Origin: Ionaspis alba
Taxonomy: Eukaryota
Reading direction: 5' to 3'
Length of the DNA: 37,983 nucleotides
NCBI GenBank assembly: GCA_964255285.1
Contig: CAXUUL010000069.1
Coordinates: forward strand, 1 to 37,983
The notes beneath the pieces were generated by a model. The model did not search any database. It was not told the origin of the DNA and saw nothing but the letters and a program-made list of their open reading frames with translations. Of the stretch, positions 33,999 to 37,983 are shown in pieces; the first letter of the stretch is position 1; the number at the start of each line of letters is the position of its first letter. A program made the translations under genes and the position numbers.

Positions 33999-36092
33999 CT
34001 AGACCCGTTGGCTTTTCAGTCGCCTCATCAGATAATTCCACAGACCACCACTGTACATCTCGCAAACGTATGGCGGACGTTCTTCGGGCTCTCCGTCATC
34101 CACATCCCCACGGACGAAAACCCTCTCCAGGAAGACCCCAAAGCGGCCGTCCCTATCTTCATGACTCTGTACTGACCACGAGGATCCGGGTAGCACTGCC
34201 TCGATAAAATCGGTGTCGTTGCGCGGATACAGCACCTTTGGTACGAGTACCTTGAATCTCCTGATGTTGGGGAAAATCTTGTGCAGATCAGTCCAGATTG
34301 GGTACATCTTGACAGCCTCGGTGAAGAGACATGTGTTGCGGTCTTCCGCTGGTACTGGCCTATCAGTCTCGCCGATTTCGCCGTCAAGGATAAAAGGAGC
34401 CTGCAAGCCCCATTCAATACGAAGATCCGAAACGTCTGGGCCGATGCTGTTCAGATGCCAGACGCCCGTACGCTCAAGCACGTCAATCATGGTGCCGGAA
34501 TAGCAATCGCCAGGAACGAGAAGCTTGATATTCCTGCCGAGAAAGCGGAGCCTTGCGAAAAGATCCTGGACTTCTCCTACGCAGCGCTGACGCGTTCTGT
34601 CGTCCATCTTACAGAAACGTTCGTCCGAAATCTTCTCGCCGTCGATAGCTATGTGCTCGTTGGCATATCGGACTTTGTGCATGTACTTTTCCCAGGAGAA
34701 CACCGGGGACCAATTGAAGGTCTCGCAGAGCCATTCCAAAAGTTCCGCGCCATCTTCTTCTGATGCTGTTCTGATGAGTGGACGTGGGTTTAAGGGATAG
34801 TCTTCGCTATCGTTGGCGGCCTGGATGATCCAAGTCCTGCTGGGAAGGTGATTGTCCGAAGATACATTGTCGTAGTAGGTCCGGTCAATAACACTTCTCA
34901 ACATGCGCAAATATTGAATCTGAGTCCTGAGAGTTCTTTCCAGAAGGTCATCCTCCTCGTTCAGCTGGGCTTGACTTTTGCTATCAGCAATCTCCTCATT
35001 TAGCATATTCTCTTGAAGCCCCTCCAAGAAAGCTAAGTCCGCGTTGATTGAGATTACTATGGTTGTGAGATTCTCTAGCACTTCAAGAGGCTTCAAGAAG
35101 AACTTCAGATGACGGACAAATCCGTACACATTGATCAACTTGAGCGTTTTCAGGTGACGACCAAGGTATTGGGCCATCGCTCCCTGCATGTCAAGACAAG
35201 TGTCAGGCGAAATCCACCTACCCACGCCATGCAGCTCCAGCGTCTCTAGCAAAGGTACTTGGTTGAGGAGGAGAACGAACCTCTGGTATGCAAGAGCGCG
35301 TCCGTGTGGACCGGGATGACGGTAAAGAGGAATTGGATGCCTGACTGTGCCAGTGGCTTGCAGATCGTCTTTCTCGACAACAGGCATCCGAGAAAACGGC
35401 TGCAGCTTAAGAGTCTGCAACAGCTTGAATGTCTGCGGAAAGTTGGAAAGCAGATCTTCCCAGCCGAAGCAAATTTGGCTCGAGATTTCTCCTCGTTCGA
35501 GTATGCGAGCCTCAATAGTCTCCAAGTCCTCGTCGTATGCATCAACATTGGTTATGTCTTCCGCGAGGGGCGGTCCTCTGTGGACTGTCCAAGTTTCATC
35601 ATCACAAGTGCGGCCGTTTAGCCTCGTCACAATTCCCGTGTCGGACCCTGAGATGCGTAGAATATCAGGACCTTGACGATCGATTGCGTGACCCAAAGCT
35701 GTTAGATCTAAGCCTTTTAGTCTGGTGCACATCTGTAATAAGGGTCCGACGAGTTTGTGAGAAAATATATTCGGAATACTCAAATACCTGACATACTGCC
35801 CTCTGGTTTGCTTGGGAGCGTTCAGGAAGGCCTCGACTCGACGGACTGCGCGACGGCTATCGGACGTGTATACCGGATAGCGAGATCCCATCTCGTCCGG
35901 TAGGTCCTCCTTAGTGAAAGGCTTTTCATACATGGTCTCCAATATGATGGCATGGGCAGCTGAACCTCTTCCGCCTGCTTGGAGAAGTGCTAGTGCTTGA
36001 CTTGGATGTAAGTGTCGCACAATCATCCTCAAAAGCTCCAAAGGGAGATCATAGAGACGCATTCTCACGTGCGATGTTCGAAATCTTCGCAT
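33999..36092 (-). CDS. F-box protein with LRR/RNI-like segments, intronless
   Basis: LYDLPLELLRMIVRHL (F-box start); LxxLxL repeats (LKGLDL, LQTLKL, LETLEL, LKTLKL). ATG at 36092 or 36062; the ORF-track extension to 36350 is probably not coding. Confidence 0.72.
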   Translation of the reverse strand: MRRFRTSHVRMRLYDLPLELLRMIVRHLHPSQALALLQAGGRGSAAHAIILETMYEKPFTKEDLPDEMGSRYPVYTSDSRRAVRRVEAFLNAPKQTRGQYVRYLSIPNIFSHKLVGPLLQMCTRLKGLDLTALGHAIDRQGPDILRISGSDTGIVTRLNGRTCDDETWTVHRGPPLAEDITNVDAYDEDLETIEARILERGEISSQICFGWEDLLSNFPQTFKLLQTLKLQPFSRMPVVEKDDLQATGTVRHPIPLYRHPGPHGRALAYQRFVLLLNQVPLLETLELHGVGRWISPDTCLDMQGAMAQYLGRHLKTLKLINVYGFVRHLKFFLKPLEVLENLTTIVISINADLAFLEGLQENMLNEEIADSKSQAQLNEEDDLLERTLRTQIQYLRMLRSVIDRTYYDNVSSDNHLPSRTWIIQAANDSEDYPLNPRPLIRTASEEDGAELLEWLCETFNWSPVFSWEKYMHKVRYANEHIAIDGEKISDERFCKMDDRTRQRCVGEVQDLFARLRFLGRNIKLLVPGDCYSGTMIDVLERTGVWHLNSIGPDVSDLRIEWGLQAPFILDGEIGETDRPVPAEDRNTCLFTEAVKMYPIWTDLHKIFPNIRRFKVLVPKVLYPRNDTDFIEAVLPGSSWSVQSHEDRDGRFGVFLERVFVRGDVDDGEPEERPPYVCEMYSGGLWNYLMRRLKSQRV

Positions 36093-36599
36093 GTTGAATT
36101 CGTGACCTCTTATCCAGCTGATGCGCTCGCAACTCGCAAGGACTCTGCTAGACTTAGTTATAAAACCGCTCCATAAGACGCTGCGATCAGGACTTTGAAT
36201 AATCACCAAACCATCCCAATGTTCATAGTGCAACTTGCCACACAAAGGAACAAGCCAGGACAAAGAACAAAAAAATGAAGCGTTACCGCACACGGGTTCA
36301 ACACATGGAAGATCGCGTAGCAACAACGCGAAGAGTGAACAAGCATACACAACGCAAGAAGAAAAAGCTGTTAGCTATGAAGGCATTGTGCACAGCTAAT
36401 AGCTCCCAACGAAACATGGTATTGTGATCGATACGCTGACGTCGAGCAGTAACAAAGGACAGAGTTGACGAGCGGCGAGCCCGGAAAATACCACAATCAG
36501 ACACAGAAAACTGACATGTACAACTCAAATGTAATTGGAAGAAGTGGCATCATGGTTTTACAACTTTAACGACAGAGCAGGATGTGATTGAAATATCGT

Positions 36600-37776
36600 T
36601 TAAGACCTCTTTAGAGTATCTGACTTAGCGAACCCATTCGCTCCGCCGTTTGCGGAGCCATGTCTAACATCCTTTCTGACGATCTCCGGCATGGAGAAAA
36701 CCCGAGGCCAAAGCAGCTCATAGTCCTCTTGCCGTCCGTTCAAGCAATGGCGTAGCCAGATGCCCCAAGTAATCTGGAAATACGCTCCGATACCCGTCAT
36801 CAGATGCCTAGTTGTTCTCGGTTAGCTATACACTGGGGAATGTCGCAGTCTTGGCATGCATAGAGCTTACCACCACCCATGTCCTTCTAAAAGTATACCC
36901 CACGGCAAGCCAATCTCCCTTCTCCATCTACGCAGTTGAGAACAGTGATCATTGTCTATTGACCATATCGCGAAGCCAGCAAGGAATATGGATAGTCCGC
37001 AGCCTATCAGCATCCACATTGTGGTCAAAATCTTTTGATCGCGGCGACCTTCCGACCTGGAGACTGTCTTCTGCGCCGCGGTCATCGATCTTTTCCTTTG
37101 GAGCTTGTATTCTTCTTCTGCTTTTCTCAACGAAGGTCGAAGACTTGTTTCCATGATATACATCGCTCGGAGTAGGACAATGACGGTAAGGATTGCGAAT
37201 GCATTCTGGTGGAAGACCGGATCTTGCAGATAGTGGTAGTAGAGAGTGATAAATATCGCGAGTGACACCAAGGCAATGCCCAGGAAGATAGAGAAGCGCC
37301 GAGGTTTCGAGAAGGAAAAGGTTGCGTAGCACATCAGGCAGGTGGTGTAGATCATGGAGAGCTCGTCGACCAGTTGCATGGGATCTACGAACAGGCGTTC
37401 TGCATTAGCAGGTGCTACTGAACATACGGGCATTGAATGTACATTTCAAAGTCATATGGAAGAGAAAGCTCCCCGTCCCCACCAGCATATAGCCCACGAA
37501 AGTGACCAGGAAGATATCATCGTGGCCATTTTTCCTGCAGCTGATAATTCCCTTCATGGCCAGCCACATAAAAAGTAGATTCGTAAGCGTGTTGACAATT
37601 TCGGCAGAGTAGATGGTCGCATAGTAGTCCTTGAATGGCTCAATATTTCGCTGACTGAAGGATTGGGGACGTGAAGTATAACGCACCTCTTCACACCAAT
37701 TCAAGGTGGATGTCACAGGATCCCAATAACCCTTCTGCGATGGCGGATAGGGAAATGAGGGGAGCCATGAAAGCAT
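36600..37776 (-). CDS. Alkaline ceramidase (Ypc1/Ydc1 family), 4 exons
   Basis: GYWDPVTSTLNWCEE|DY, AEIVNTLTN, GSFLFHMTLKYPMQLVDELSMIY, LLEGHGWWHLMTGIG. Confidence 0.96.
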
Positions 37777-37983
37777 GGCTGTATTTGGGACTTTCTCGCA
37801 AAGGTATTGTGTAGGAAGAGCTCCATAAATTCTGCATTCAAGGTTTTGATGGATTCAATGTGACGAAAGCTTGGTTTCTTATTTTTAGCCTTTCACGTGG
37901 AGATCAGGGTCTCCTGCCGCTAGTAGCCGCCGACTTCCGCTTGCCGATCAGCGTCAACAATCGTAGCGCTGGCCGAGTTTCAT

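Overview
Intron-containing genomic DNA from a filamentous ascomycete (Pezizomycotina; an Eurotiomycete or lichen-fungus-like lineage is my inference from gene style only). There are four 100-N scaffold gaps. A core run of conserved genes comprises an HpcH/HpaI aldolase, a glutaredoxin-like protein, LSM8, rhomboid PCP1, TMA17, a PhoD-like phosphatase, LEO1, MOB2, TRM8, VPS25, RTT107/Brc1, a peroxisomal alpha/beta hydrolase and an alkaline ceramidase. Three accessory patches interrupt it. (1) At the left end, a decayed DUF3435 tyrosine-recombinase gene (Starship 'captain' family), invisible in the ORF track, lies just upstream of an intact intronless HET-domain gene, which looks like the relic head of a Starship. 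(2) At about 10-13 kb is a spliced secreted protein with two 46-aa six-Cys WDGTAP repeats. (3) At about 28-36 kb is an island of orphan genes: two probable diverged paralogs, a Cys-motif protein with a Q/N prion-like tail, and an F-box protein. A 472-bp MITE with 48-bp TIRs and an 8-bp TSD sits in the divergent TRM8/VPS25 promoter. MOB2 appears to have a second, nested first exon. All calls come from reading the sequence and recalling family motifs; no searches were run.
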